Source: Rhizobiales bacterium Ga0077524
GTDB lineage: Bacteria; Pseudomonadota; Alphaproteobacteria; Rhizobiales; Hyphomicrobiaceae
DNA: 64,000 nucleotides
Direction: 5' to 3'
Assembly: GCA_001464755.1 (NCBI GenBank)
Contig: LNDR01000414.1
Coordinates: 1,848-65,847, forward strand
In this document: piece by piece, positions 34,784 through 44,189 of the stretch
How positions within the stretch are numbered: the stretch's first letter is position 1
Layout: each line of letters begins with the position of its first letter
Translations under genes and position numbers: made by a program
Notes under the pieces: generated by a model
Seen by the model: the letters and a program-made list of their open reading frames with translations, nothing else
Told to the model about the DNA's origin: nothing
The model's database searches: none

Positions 34784-37309
34784 GTGGTCTCTGTCGCGAA
34801 AAAGTCACAGTGTGGCGTTTGCTTGCCGCACAGCCGTTTCAACAGCGACCCAGGGGAGAGCGGCACCCTGGTCCAGCGCGAGCCGAGACCTTTGCAGCAC
34901 GAGACCTGGAGCGCACGGATCGGCGACCTGTGGCGGGCCCTCGGCTCAGCCGCCGGTCGTTTGCGCGCGGCCGTCTCGACCCGAGCGGCCCGGTTGCGTC
35001 AGGCCGACGACGACGGCCCGGAGGATGGCCTCGATCCCGAGATGCCGGGCGCGAGCCCCCGAGGCTTCTGGATCGGTCTCGTCGTCGTCGTCCTTTCCCT
35101 CGTTTCCGGGCTTGCGACCTACCTGATCCTGACCGGGCTGACCCCGATCGCGCCGCGGAACGAGGTCGTTCTGGTCGTCCTTGCGTTCAATATCCTGCTC
35201 ATCATTGCCATGTGCGCCGTCTTGGGCGTGCAAGCCGTCGGCATGTGGCGGGCGTGGCAGCGCAAGGTGGCAGGCGCCCGCATCCACGTGCGCATTGTCG
35301 GTTTGTTCACCATCATCGCCGCCCTGCCGGCCCTGCTGCTCGCCGTAGCCGCAACGACCACCTTCTCACGCTCGCTCGATACCTGGTTCTCCAGCCGGAC
35401 GAGGACCATCGTTGCCAGCTCCCTCGACGTCGCGAACGCCTATCTCGCCGAACACGGCCAGGTGATCCGCAGCGACGTCGTCAACATGGCCAAGGATCTC
35501 GACGATCTCGCATCGGAGGAGCGGATCGGACCGGCGGAGGTGCAGCGTTTGCGTAACATCGTCATGGCACAGATGGGGTTGCGCGACCTCTCGATCGCCG
35601 CCGTTATCGACGCACAAGGCAAGCCCGTGGTGGCCCAGGCAGCCGACAACCGGGTGCAGTATGCGCCCCCCGAACCTGCCGTCATCGCTCAGGCCGCGGC
35701 CGGCAACGTGCCTTTGCTGATGCCAACGAGCACCTTCCGTGTCGCGGCCATCTCCCGCCTGACCTCGCTTCCCGGGTACTTCCTCTACGTTGCACGCGGC
35801 GTCAATCCGCAGGTTGTGGGCCATCTCCAGCGCACCCAGGCCGCGGTCGACGAGTACGAGCGGCTGCGCCGCGCACGCGGCGGGCCAAAGCTCGCCCACG
35901 GCGTCATGTACTTCATGATCGCGCTGACCGGGATGCTGGCCGCGATCTGGGTCGGCCTCTGGTTCGCCCGGCACCTCGTGGCCCCGATCCGACGGCTCAT
36001 CGGCGCGGCCCAGCGCGTTGCTCGGGGCGATCTCGACGTCGTGCTGCCGTTGCGACGCGGAGAGGGCGATCTCAGACGCCTCTCCCGCGACTTCAACCAC
36101 ATGACGAGCGAACTCGCCAGCCAGCGCAACGCCCTCGTCAGCGCCAACGCCCAACTCACCGAACGCCGACGCTTCATGGAGGCCGTGCTGTCCGGCGTAT
36201 CGGCCGGCGTGATCGGTCTCGCGCCCGACGGCACGATCCGCTTGGTCAATCCTTCCGCCGAGAAGCTACTCGGCGTTACGCCCGACAGCGTCAACGGTCG
36301 CCCGCTCGGTGAAGCCCTTCCGGAGCTTGCCGCGGCTTTATCGGGGGAGGGAACGGGCATGAAGCCCCGCGGCCCTCACGATATCACGCTGACGATTGGC
36401 GGCGAGGAAAGGCGCTTTTCCGTGCGGGTCACCGGAGAGCAATCCGGCACTGGAAGCGAGGGGAGCGTCGTCACGTTCGACGACATCACCGAACTCGTCG
36501 TCGCCCAGCGCTCGTCCGCCTGGGCCGATGTCGCACGGCGAATCGCGCACGAGATCAAGAACCCATTGACGCCGATACAACTTTCGGCCGAGCGCCTGAA
36601 ACGCAAATACGGCGCCTCGATCGAGAAGGACCGCGAGACGTTCGACAAGCTGACCGACACCATCGTGAGGCAGGTCGGGGACATCAAGACGATGGTCGAC
36701 GAGTTCGCCTCCTTCGCCCGCGTTCCCAAGCCCGAGATCGAGCTGACCGACATCCGCAATGCCGTACAGGAGCCCGTCATCCTGTTTCGCGAAAGCCATC
36801 CGGCCGTCCGCTACGTCATGAATTTTCCCGAAGCTCCTCTGCTGGCGCCGGCCGACCGCCGGCTGATCTCTCAGGCCCTGACCAACCTCGTCAAGAACGC
36901 GACGGAGAGCGTCGTCGCCGCCGCAGAGGCCGGCGATTGCGGCCCGGACTGGCAGCCGACGGTGGAGACCAACCTGCGGCGCGTCGGCGACCGCATCGAG
37001 ATCGAGGTGATCGACAACGGGCTTGGACTGCCGCGCCAGAACCGCGCGCGCCTGCTCGAGCCTTACGTGACGACAAAAGGTAGCAAGGGCACCGGCCTTG
37101 GCCTCGCCATCGTCCAGAAGATCGTCGAGCAACATATGGGCGTGCTCGCCCTCGAGGATGCTCCACCCGCACCCGGCCGCACCCGCGGCGCGCTCGTGCG
37201 CCTGTCGTTGCCGGCCGTCCACCAGGTCAACCGTGGCCCGGACGAGAAAGCATCATCCGCCAGTTTGGCGAGCCAGCCGCCGCGTGCGGCTGGGCTCGCT
37301 GCGCAGTGA
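34784..37309 (+). CDS. ntrY: sensor histidine kinase NtrY
   Basis: TM segments, HAMP, PAS, H-box HEIKNPLTPIQLSAERL and an ATPase domain. Start uncertain: the first ATG is 35042, but G/C-rich third positions continue upstream to about 34870, so a GTG/TTG start between 34784 and 34892 is likely. Confidence 0.85.
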   Translation: MVSVAKKSQCGVCLPHSRFNSDPGESGTLVQREPRPLQHETWSARIGDLWRALGSAAGRLRAAVSTRAARLRQADDDGPEDGLDPEMPGASPRGFWIGLVVVVLSLVSGLATYLILTGLTPIAPRNEVVLVVLAFNILLIIAMCAVLGVQAVGMWRAWQRKVAGARIHVRIVGLFTIIAALPALLLAVAATTTFSRSLDTWFSSRTRTIVASSLDVANAYLAEHGQVIRSDVVNMAKDLDDLASEERIGPAEVQRLRNIVMAQMGLRDLSIAAVIDAQGKPVVAQAADNRVQYAPPEPAVIAQAAAGNVPLLMPTSTFRVAAISRLTSLPGYFLYVARGVNPQVVGHLQRTQAAVDEYERLRRARGGPKLAHGVMYFMIALTGMLAAIWVGLWFARHLVAPIRRLIGAAQRVARGDLDVVLPLRRGEGDLRRLSRDFNHMTSELASQRNALVSANAQLTERRRFMEAVLSGVSAGVIGLAPDGTIRLVNPSAEKLLGVTPDSVNGRPLGEALPELAAALSGEGTGMKPRGPHDITLTIGGEERRFSVRVTGEQSGTGSEGSVVTFDDITELVVAQRSSAWADVARRIAHEIKNPLTPIQLSAERLKRKYGASIEKDRETFDKLTDTIVRQVGDIKTMVDEFASFARVPKPEIELTDIRNAVQEPVILFRESHPAVRYVMNFPEAPLLAPADRRLISQALTNLVKNATESVVAAAEAGDCGPDWQPTVETNLRRVGDRIEIEVIDNGLGLPRQNRARLLEPYVTTKGSKGTGLGLAIVQKIVEQHMGVLALEDAPPAPGRTRGALVRLSLPAVHQVNRGPDEKASSASLASQPPRAAGLAAQ

Positions 37310-37337
37310 CTGAAGAAACGTAGTCGAGGAGCGACAC

Positions 37338-38732
37338 ATGGCAGCCGACGTCCTGATTGTCGATGACGAGGCCGATATCCGCGACCTGATCGGGGGCATC
37401 CTCGAGGACGAAGGCCATGCCACACGCTCCGCCAGGGATGCGGACGAGGCGCTGCGTGCAATCGAGGATCGCCGCCCTCACCTCGTCATTCTCGACATCT
37501 GGTTGCAGGGGAGCCGCCTCGACGGCCTCGAGGTCCTCAGTCATATCAAGCGCGCGCACCCCGATCTTCCCGTGGTCATCATCTCCGGCCACGGCAATAT
37601 CGAGACCGCCGTGACCGCGATCCGCCGAGGCGCCTACGACTACATAGAAAAGCCGTTCAAGGCCGATCGTCTCCTGCTCGTGACGCTCAGGGCGCTCGAG
37701 GCCTCACAACTGCGCCGCGAAGTGCGGGAGTTGCGCGAGCGCTCGACGCAGAGCGCGGAGATGGTCGGCAAGTCGACCGCGATCAACGCACTGCGCGGCC
37801 AGATCGAGCGGGTCGCCCCGACCAACAGCCGCATTCTCATCCGTGGCGCTTCCGGCACCGGCAAAGAGCTTGCCGCCCGCGTCATTCACGGCAAATCGGC
37901 ACGCGCCGACGGTCCGTTCGTCGTGCTCAATGCGGCCGCGATGGCGCCCGAACGCGTCGAGGACGAGATGTTCGGCACCGAGGATCGAGCCGGACCGCGC
38001 AAGGTCGGCGCGCTCGAGGAAGCACATGGTGGCACTCTCTACATCGACGAGGTCGCCGACATGCCCCTCGAGACGCAAGGCAAGGTGCTCCGCGTGCTCG
38101 TCGAGCAGAAGTTTCTCAGGATCGGCGGCGCCAACAAGGTGTCGGTCGATGTCCGCATCATAACCTCGACCAGCCGCGATCTCGAGCGCGAGATGCAGGA
38201 AGGCCGGTTCCGCCAGGATCTCTACCACCGGCTGTCCGTGGTGCCGCTGCGCGTGCCGAGCCTCGCCGAGCGCCGCGACGATATTCCGGCCCTCATCGAG
38301 TATTTCGTCGGGCAGCTTGCCAATGCCTCCGGCCTGTCGCCACGCCGCATCGGAGACGACGCCATCGCCGTGCTCCAGGCCCACGACTGGCCGGGCAACG
38401 TGCGCGAGTTGAGGAACAACATCGAGCGCCTGATGATTCTCTCGGGGGGGGAGCCGGGCACCGTGATCACGGCCGACATGCTGCCCGAGGAGATCGGCTC
38501 CAACGTGCCCCTTCCCGTCAACGGAGGAGCCGAGCACTTGATGTCGATGCCGTTGCGCGAGGCCCGAGAAATCTTCGAGCGCGAGTATCTGCTGTCCCAG
38601 ATCAATCGCTTCGGCGGCAACATTTCCCGAACCGCCGAGTTCGTCGGCATGGAGCGCTCTGCATTGCATCGTAAGCTCCGGGCGCTGGGCGTCGGTTCGG
38701 AGCAGCGCATGGGAGAGACCAAGGCCGGGTAA
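37338..38732 (+). CDS. ntrX: response regulator NtrX (NtrC-family AAA+ protein lacking the GAFTGA loop)
   Basis: Receiver domain, AAA+ domain (GASGTGKE) and C-terminal HTH. Where NtrC has GSFTGA, NtrX reads MFGTEDRAGPRKVG. GAGGAG RBS 6 nt upstream. Confidence 0.9.
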   Translation: MAADVLIVDDEADIRDLIGGILEDEGHATRSARDADEALRAIEDRRPHLVILDIWLQGSRLDGLEVLSHIKRAHPDLPVVIISGHGNIETAVTAIRRGAYDYIEKPFKADRLLLVTLRALEASQLRREVRELRERSTQSAEMVGKSTAINALRGQIERVAPTNSRILIRGASGTGKELAARVIHGKSARADGPFVVLNAAAMAPERVEDEMFGTEDRAGPRKVGALEEAHGGTLYIDEVADMPLETQGKVLRVLVEQKFLRIGGANKVSVDVRIITSTSRDLEREMQEGRFRQDLYHRLSVVPLRVPSLAERRDDIPALIEYFVGQLANASGLSPRRIGDDAIAVLQAHDWPGNVRELRNNIERLMILSGGEPGTVITADMLPEEIGSNVPLPVNGGAEHLMSMPLREAREIFEREYLLSQINRFGGNISRTAEFVGMERSALHRKLRALGVGSEQRMGETKAG

Positions 38733-38968
38733 GCGGTGGCGCCTGCAACTCGGAGAGCTCCACATGACCGGCTGGACACGTCTTTTTCCGGCATGCAACG
38801 CACTTGCGAAACAGACTTCGAGCCATTACGCATAAGGTGTCTTGACAAGAACGAGCATATTGACGCCACGCGAACGCCAGGACGCCCCGAGACACGCCCG
38901 CGTGCAAGCTTCGGCGACAGCCGCGGCGGCAGAACCGAAAAACGCGACCGAGCAGAGCCCGGCCGCCG

Positions 38969-39006
38969 ACAACAAGAGCGCCAAAGAAAACAAGAACGGA
39001 AAGCAA
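38969..39006 (+). promoter_or_regulatory. purine/A-rich tract immediately upstream of the hfq start codon (candidate Hfq autoregulatory site)
   Basis: CAACAAGAGCGCCAAAGAAAACAAGAACGGAAAGCAA-ATG. It has multiple AAG/AAA/AGA/AAC triplets resembling A-R-N repeats, in a genome that is otherwise GC-rich. Confidence 0.3.
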
Positions 39007-39261
39007 ATGGCCGCCGAACGTCCGCAAAGCCTCCAGGACACGTTCCTGAACCATGTCCGCAAGAACAAGACGCCACTGACCATTTTCCTGATCAACGGCG
39101 TCAAGCTGCAAGGCATCGTGACTTGGTTCGATAATTTTTGTGTGCTGCTTCGCCGGGACGGGCACTCGCAACTTGTCTACAAGCACGCCATATCCACGAT
39201 CATGCCCGGCGGACCGGTCCATCTGATGGATACCGACCCGGCCGAGGGCGCCCCAACCTGA
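39007..39261 (+). CDS. hfq: RNA chaperone Hfq
   Basis: 84 aa with Sm1/Sm2 motifs ([55 protein letters not shown]). ATG at 39007. The 139-aa ORF-track version is an upstream extension. Confidence 0.95.
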   Translation: MAAERPQSLQDTFLNHVRKNKTPLTIFLINGVKLQGIVTWFDNFCVLLRRDGHSQLVYKHAISTIMPGGPVHLMDTDPAEGAPT

Positions 39262-39323
39262 GCCGAGACAAAGCCATCGACGATACGACTGACGACGCGA
39301 CGCCGCGCAAGTCCGGCCGCAAC

Positions 39324-40700
39324 ATGGTTGAGCGGCAAGCGCCAGTGATGCGCACGCTCGTCCTTGTCCCCATCCTCGGTAGCCGCTCGCAGCGCGGCAG
39401 CGACGGCGCAACGGATCCTGCCCGGGCCGCGGCCAAGGCCCTGCACAGCCCCGAGGATCGGCTTGCCGAGGCGACCGGGCTAGCCCAAGCCATCGATCTC
39501 GATGTCGTCGACGGCCTCATTGTTCCCGTCGCCAACCCACGCCCCGGCACGCTCTTCGGCAGCGGCAAGGTCGACGAGGTCAAGGGGCTGGTCGAGACCC
39601 AGGAGTGCGGTCTGGTGGTCGTCGACCATGCGGTCACGCCGATCCAGCAGCGTAACCTGGAGAAAGCGTGGAACGCCAAGGTCCTTGATCGAACCGGCTT
39701 GATTCTCGAGATCTTCGGACGCCGTGCCAGGACGCGGGAAGGCCGCCTTCAGGTCGAGCTCGCCCACCTGACCTATCAAAAGAGCCGGCTCGTCCGCTCG
39801 TGGACCCATCTTGAGCGCCAGCGCGGTGGCGCCGGCTTTCTGGGTGGCCCTGGCGAGACCCAGCTCGAACTCGACCGCCGGCTCATTCAGGATCGCATCG
39901 ACGCGCTCAAGGCCGAACTCGAGACAGTCGTGCGCACGCGCGAGCTGCATCGCGCCGGGCGGCGGCGTGTGCCGTACCCGGTAACGGCCATCGTCGGGTA
40001 CACGAACGCCGGCAAATCGACACTGTTCAACCGCGTCACGGGTGCTGGTGTGCTCGCCAAGGACCAGGTCTTCGCAACGCTTGACCCGACCATGCGCGAG
40101 ATCAGGCTGCCGAGTGGGCGCCGGGTCATTCTGTCGGACACGGTCGGCTTTATCTCGGATCTTCCGACGATGCTGGTCGCTGCCTTCCGTGCCACGCTCG
40201 AGGAGGTGATCGAGGCCGATCTCATCCTGCATGTCCGCGACATCTCGCACGCCGAAACGGACGCCCAGGCGGCCGACGTGATGCACGTGCTCGCTGAACT
40301 CGGCGTCGCTGTCGACGGTCCATCGGCTCATATTTCCGAGGTTTGGAACAAGATCGACCGGCTCTCGCCTGAGGCGCGCGAGGAGTCCGGCCACGCCGCA
40401 CGCCGCAACGCCGCAACGCCAGCTCTCGTCTCGGCCGTGACCGGCGAAGGGGTTTCTGAACTCCTGGCCTCCATCGATCAACGCCTCGCCATCTCCGACG
40501 TCCTCGTCGATGTGGTCGTGAGGCCCGAGGAGGGGAGGTTGCTCGCCTGGCTCTATGAGAATGCCGAAGTCGTCTCGCGCGAGGCCGACGAGGCTGGCTC
40601 AGCCCACGTCACGGTGCGCGTGCCCGCCGACAAGCGGCATCGGCTGGATCAGCAACTCAAAGATCGCTCCCGCGACCACCGTCCGGGTGGAACGCACTAG
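39324..40700 (+). CDS. hflX: GTPase HflX
   Basis: HflX N-terminal domain, G1 motif GYTNAGKSTLFN, G3 motif DTVGF, NKID. First canonical start after hfq is the ATG at 39324. Confidence 0.9.
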   Translation: MVERQAPVMRTLVLVPILGSRSQRGSDGATDPARAAAKALHSPEDRLAEATGLAQAIDLDVVDGLIVPVANPRPGTLFGSGKVDEVKGLVETQECGLVVVDHAVTPIQQRNLEKAWNAKVLDRTGLILEIFGRRARTREGRLQVELAHLTYQKSRLVRSWTHLERQRGGAGFLGGPGETQLELDRRLIQDRIDALKAELETVVRTRELHRAGRRRVPYPVTAIVGYTNAGKSTLFNRVTGAGVLAKDQVFATLDPTMREIRLPSGRRVILSDTVGFISDLPTMLVAAFRATLEEVIEADLILHVRDISHAETDAQAADVMHVLAELGVAVDGPSAHISEVWNKIDRLSPEAREESGHAARRNAATPALVSAVTGEGVSELLASIDQRLAISDVLVDVVVRPEEGRLLAWLYENAEVVSREADEAGSAHVTVRVPADKRHRLDQQLKDRSRDHRPGGTH

Positions 40701-40830
40701 GAGTCTATTAAACGTCGTTCTGGAGCGCATGCCCACCATGCCGCTATGACATGGCTGGCGATCTCGCTGTTGACATCGGACGATTCCGGTCATCTTCACT
40801 CACCTGCACAATGTTTCTCGATGCGCGGGA

Positions 40831-42054
40831 GTGAAGCAAATTCCAACCGAATTGGCGCGGATGCGGCGCAATCTTATTCTGCTCGCCGCCTGCCAGGCGT
40901 TCGGTCAGGCCTGCAACACAGCGATGTTCGCCGCGACGGCGCTGTCGATTGTCGAATTCTATCCCAACCGCGAATACGCAACGCTTCCGACGACCCTGCA
41001 GCACGTTGGCGTGATGCTGTCCGTTTTCCCGGCGGCTCTGCTGATGCAGCGCAGGGGACGCAAATTCGGTTTCAGGCTCGCATCGGTCTTCGGCATGGTC
41101 GGGTCGGCGCTGCTGGGCTACGGCTTGATCAATCAGAGTTTCCTCGTGATGTGCTCTGCCGGCTTGATCCTCGGCTACGCCGTCGCCAGCCTCCAGATGT
41201 ACCGGTTCGCGGCGGTCGAGCTGGCGCCGCCTGAGTTTACCGCCAAGGCCATCTCATGGGTGACGGCAGGTGGCGTCGTGGCTGGCGTCATCGGTCCGGC
41301 CATGGTTCGCTGGACCCATGATCAAGTCGATCCGCCGTACCTTGCAACCTACGGCGGCATGATTGTGTTCCACTTGATCGTCTTCACGATCATGTCCTTC
41401 ATCCGCTTTCCCTCCCACAAGCCTCCGGCCGCAAGCACGACGACGCCGACCATTCCCGTGGCGCCGCCCCGGCCTCTCTGGCAGATCGCCGTGCAGCCGC
41501 GCTTCATCGCCGCTGCCGTCTGTGGGATGTCCTCGTTCGGCCTCATGGCGCTCGTGATGGGGGCCTCGCCGCTGGCCGTGGTGGCGTGTGGCCTGCCACA
41601 TACCGAAACCCATCTCGTCATCTTCATGCATGTGATGGGGATGTTCGTGCCGTCGTTCTTCACCGGACATCTGATCACACGCTTCGGCATCGTCCAGGTG
41701 ATGACGCTCGGCATCGTCGTCATGGTCGCTGCCATCTTCTTCGCGCTGCACGGTCTGTCCGCGTGGCACTTCCGCATCGCGCTGACGCTCAACGGCGTCG
41801 GCTGGAACTTCCTCTTCGTTGCCGCCACGACCCTTGTGACGACGACCTACCGGCCCAACGAGAAAGGCAAGGCGCAGGCGCTGAATGACTTCCTGGTCTT
41901 CGGAACCACGGCAGTTTCCAGCTTCCTCGCAGGCCTCCTGCAGGAGCGGATCGGGTGGGCCCCGCTCAATACCAATGCCTCGTTCCTGCTGATCGGACCG
42001 ATGCTTGCCGTGACGTGGTTGTGGCTGAGCAAGGATACCCGACGCCCCGCATAG
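40831..42054 (+). CDS. MFS transporter
   Basis: 407 aa with about 12 TM segments and an MFS-type loop motif (MQRRGRKFGF) between TM2 and TM3. GTG start. Confidence 0.8.
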   Translation: MKQIPTELARMRRNLILLAACQAFGQACNTAMFAATALSIVEFYPNREYATLPTTLQHVGVMLSVFPAALLMQRRGRKFGFRLASVFGMVGSALLGYGLINQSFLVMCSAGLILGYAVASLQMYRFAAVELAPPEFTAKAISWVTAGGVVAGVIGPAMVRWTHDQVDPPYLATYGGMIVFHLIVFTIMSFIRFPSHKPPAASTTTPTIPVAPPRPLWQIAVQPRFIAAAVCGMSSFGLMALVMGASPLAVVACGLPHTETHLVIFMHVMGMFVPSFFTGHLITRFGIVQVMTLGIVVMVAAIFFALHGLSAWHFRIALTLNGVGWNFLFVAATTLVTTTYRPNEKGKAQALNDFLVFGTTAVSSFLAGLLQERIGWAPLNTNASFLLIGPMLAVTWLWLSKDTRRPA

Positions 42055-42087
42055 CCCGCAGATTGGACGCGGATGACGCGATGGCGA

Positions 42088-43023
42088 CTAACCGCGTTCG
42101 TCGCGCTTGGCCTCGTTCCAAAGCGCGTCCATTTCTGCAAGATCGCTGTCGGCTGGCGTCTTGCCACGCCCGGAGAGCTTCGCCTCGACCCGACCGAAGC
42201 GCGCCATGAACTTCGAGTTGGCGCGCCGCAGGGCGTGCTCTGGATCGATAGCGAGATGGCGCGCCACGTTGGCCATGACAAAGAGAAGATCGCCGTATTC
42301 TTCCTCGATCCGGGCGTGGTCTGGAGCTACAACCTCGTTCGACGGACGTCGCGGATCGGCCGCCAGTGCCACCTCCGCCAACTCGCCGATCTCTTCACGC
42401 ATCTTGTCGAAGACGGGCGCGAGGGATGGCCAGTCGAATCCGACGGCCGCCGCTTTGTCCTGCAACTTGACGGCGCGCGTGAGAGCCGGCAGTGCCGTCG
42501 GCACACCGGCGAGGATGGATGCGGGGCCGGACTCCGGTTTTTGCCCGATCGTCACGATTGCGGTCGGCGAGAGCGCTGCGCTTGGCGATCGAGGGTGGCG
42601 GGCCCGCTCGGCCTCTTTCTCGACTCTCTCCTCCGCTTTGATCAGCTCCCAGCTTGCCTTGGCCTCCGCTGTCGTCGCGCCGTGCGTCTCGCCGAAGACG
42701 TGCGGATGACGCCGTATCATCTTCCGCGTGATGCCGAGCACGACGTCGCCTAGGTCGAAGGCACCCGCCTCCTCGCCGAGCCGGGCGTGGTAGACGACCT
42801 GTAGGAGGAGGTCGCCGAGTTCCTCCTTGAGGTCGACGAGATCGCCGCGGTCGATCGCATCCGCGACCTCGTAGGCCTCCTCGATGGTATAGGGCGCGAT
42901 CGTCGCGAACGATTGCTCGAGGTCCCACGGGCAACCTGTCACAGGCGTCCGGAGCGCCGCCATGATCTCGACCAGACGCCCAATATCTCGTCCGGCCGTC
43001 ATGCTCCGCCGATCGTCGCTCAT
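42088..43023 (-). CDS. mazG: nucleoside triphosphate pyrophosphohydrolase MazG
   Basis: Two MazG repeats with EExxE-type motifs (EEAYEVADAI...ELGDLLLQV and EEIGELAEV...EYGDLLFVM), GCPWDLEQ near the N terminus, 311 aa. Confidence 0.9.
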   Translation of the reverse strand: MSDDRRSMTAGRDIGRLVEIMAALRTPVTGCPWDLEQSFATIAPYTIEEAYEVADAIDRGDLVDLKEELGDLLLQVVYHARLGEEAGAFDLGDVVLGITRKMIRRHPHVFGETHGATTAEAKASWELIKAEERVEKEAERARHPRSPSAALSPTAIVTIGQKPESGPASILAGVPTALPALTRAVKLQDKAAAVGFDWPSLAPVFDKMREEIGELAEVALAADPRRPSNEVVAPDHARIEEEYGDLLFVMANVARHLAIDPEHALRRANSKFMARFGRVEAKLSGRGKTPADSDLAEMDALWNEAKRDERG

Positions 43024-43087
43024 GGCGTCCTACCTCGTCATTGCCGTTTTCCCGCGCGCCCGCTAGGTCTAGCCCAGCGCCCGTCGC

Positions 43088-43897
43088 GTGTCGAAAGACG
43101 GCGGGCAACGCGACGGCAGGGGACGGCCGGTGTTTCTCATCCACTTCCTGATCAATGTCGTCATCGTCGCGTGCGAGCTTGCCCTGGCCATGGCCGCCGG
43201 CTGGCTTGCCTGGCAGATGCCACTCGTGTTCTCGGCCGCGACAGTCTTGCTCGCCGTCGGGCTCGGCTTCGCCCTCGAGATCAAGCGCCTCGCCTTCGAG
43301 ACCCCGTTCTATTTCGAGCGCACCGGCGGGATCGGCGCCGTCCTGCGTGCAGTCGTCGGGGGAGGCCAGGCGCTCCTCAAGGGCGTTGTCGCCGGGTTGG
43401 TGTCGCTGATGACGTTCACCGGTACCGAGCCTTCCAGGCTGATGTTCGTCGCCGGGCTGTTCGTCGTCGTGGTTCTGATCGGATCAACGCTGCTGCGCCG
43501 CATGACCATCAGCTTCGGGGCACGGCCCGCCAATTGGGGCTTCTTTCGCATGGCGGTACCGCTCGGGCTGCTTTTCTCGGCGGTGATGAGTTTCTTTCCG
43601 CCTCCGTCCTCGGTCGACGTGGTTCGACAGGTGCTGCTCGATCTGCCTCAGCGTCCGAGCATCGCTCAAGCAGGGGAGGCGCTGTTCTCCTTGCGGCTGT
43701 GGATCGATGACTTGATCGTCAAGCTGGTCGCCACATATACGGGCCCCGAATGGGCCAAGGTCGTCGGCATCGTCGCCGGATCGAACGTTCTGGTCGGCTT
43801 CGTGATCGCCATTTACGCCGTGCTGCTGTCCGAGGTCGTAAGGACGATGGAGGAAGCCCACTGGCGCGTGCGCGGCAACCGCAAGATCCGCGACTGA
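43088..43897 (+). CDS. hypothetical membrane protein
   Basis: 269 aa with about 6 hydrophobic segments and G/C-rich third positions. GTG start is uncertain. No family recognised. Confidence 0.6.
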   Translation: MSKDGGQRDGRGRPVFLIHFLINVVIVACELALAMAAGWLAWQMPLVFSAATVLLAVGLGFALEIKRLAFETPFYFERTGGIGAVLRAVVGGGQALLKGVVAGLVSLMTFTGTEPSRLMFVAGLFVVVVLIGSTLLRRMTISFGARPANWGFFRMAVPLGLLFSAVMSFFPPPSSVDVVRQVLLDLPQRPSIAQAGEALFSLRLWIDDLIVKLVATYTGPEWAKVVGIVAGSNVLVGFVIAIYAVLLSEVVRTMEEAHWRVRGNRKIRD

Positions 43898-44055
43898 CCC
43901 CAGGCCCGGAACACCTCAGGCCCACATCGATCCCGATACCGCCAGCCGATCACGCGCCGTCTCGGGCCAGATCACGATCGGCCGCGAGGCACTCGTAAGG
44001 CGCACGTCTTCCGAAACGCTGCCTTCTTGCAGAGCGGACGACCGCCATGCTGGTT

Positions 44056-44135
44056 CAATATACCCCGTCCTTCGTTCGCGTAATATATATTATGGAAAAT
44101 AACTGTTGAACTCTATGCAACTTCCATAGGTTGAT
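44056..44135. promoter_or_regulatory. AT-rich island with a sigma-70-like promoter on the minus strand
   Basis: The core at 44081-44117 is about 22% GC (8 of 37). On the minus strand: TTCAAC (rc of 44105-44110), 17-nt spacer, TATATT (rc of 44082-44087). It lies 55-135 nt downstream of the pepA stop. Confidence 0.3.
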
Positions 44136-44189
44136 GCGTTTCCGAGCTTCGACGCCAAGCCCGGCAAGACGTTGGATGCCCACGATGAG

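Noticed and set aside
38842-39261. A 139-aa N-terminally extended Hfq starting at TTG 38842.
   Set aside because: The Sm fold starts right after the ATG at 39007. The extension is an A-rich leader read as Lys/Asn/Glu/Ala low-complexity sequence with poor third-position GC.
43950-44048. A 32-aa minus-strand ORF (MAVVRSARRQRFGRRAPYECLAADRDLARDGA) just downstream of the AT-rich promoter-like element.
   Set aside because: Third-position GC is only about 60%, against the strong G/C bias of real genes here. There is no convincing SD at the right spacing, and the ORF is short and Arg-rich. It is probably non-coding.
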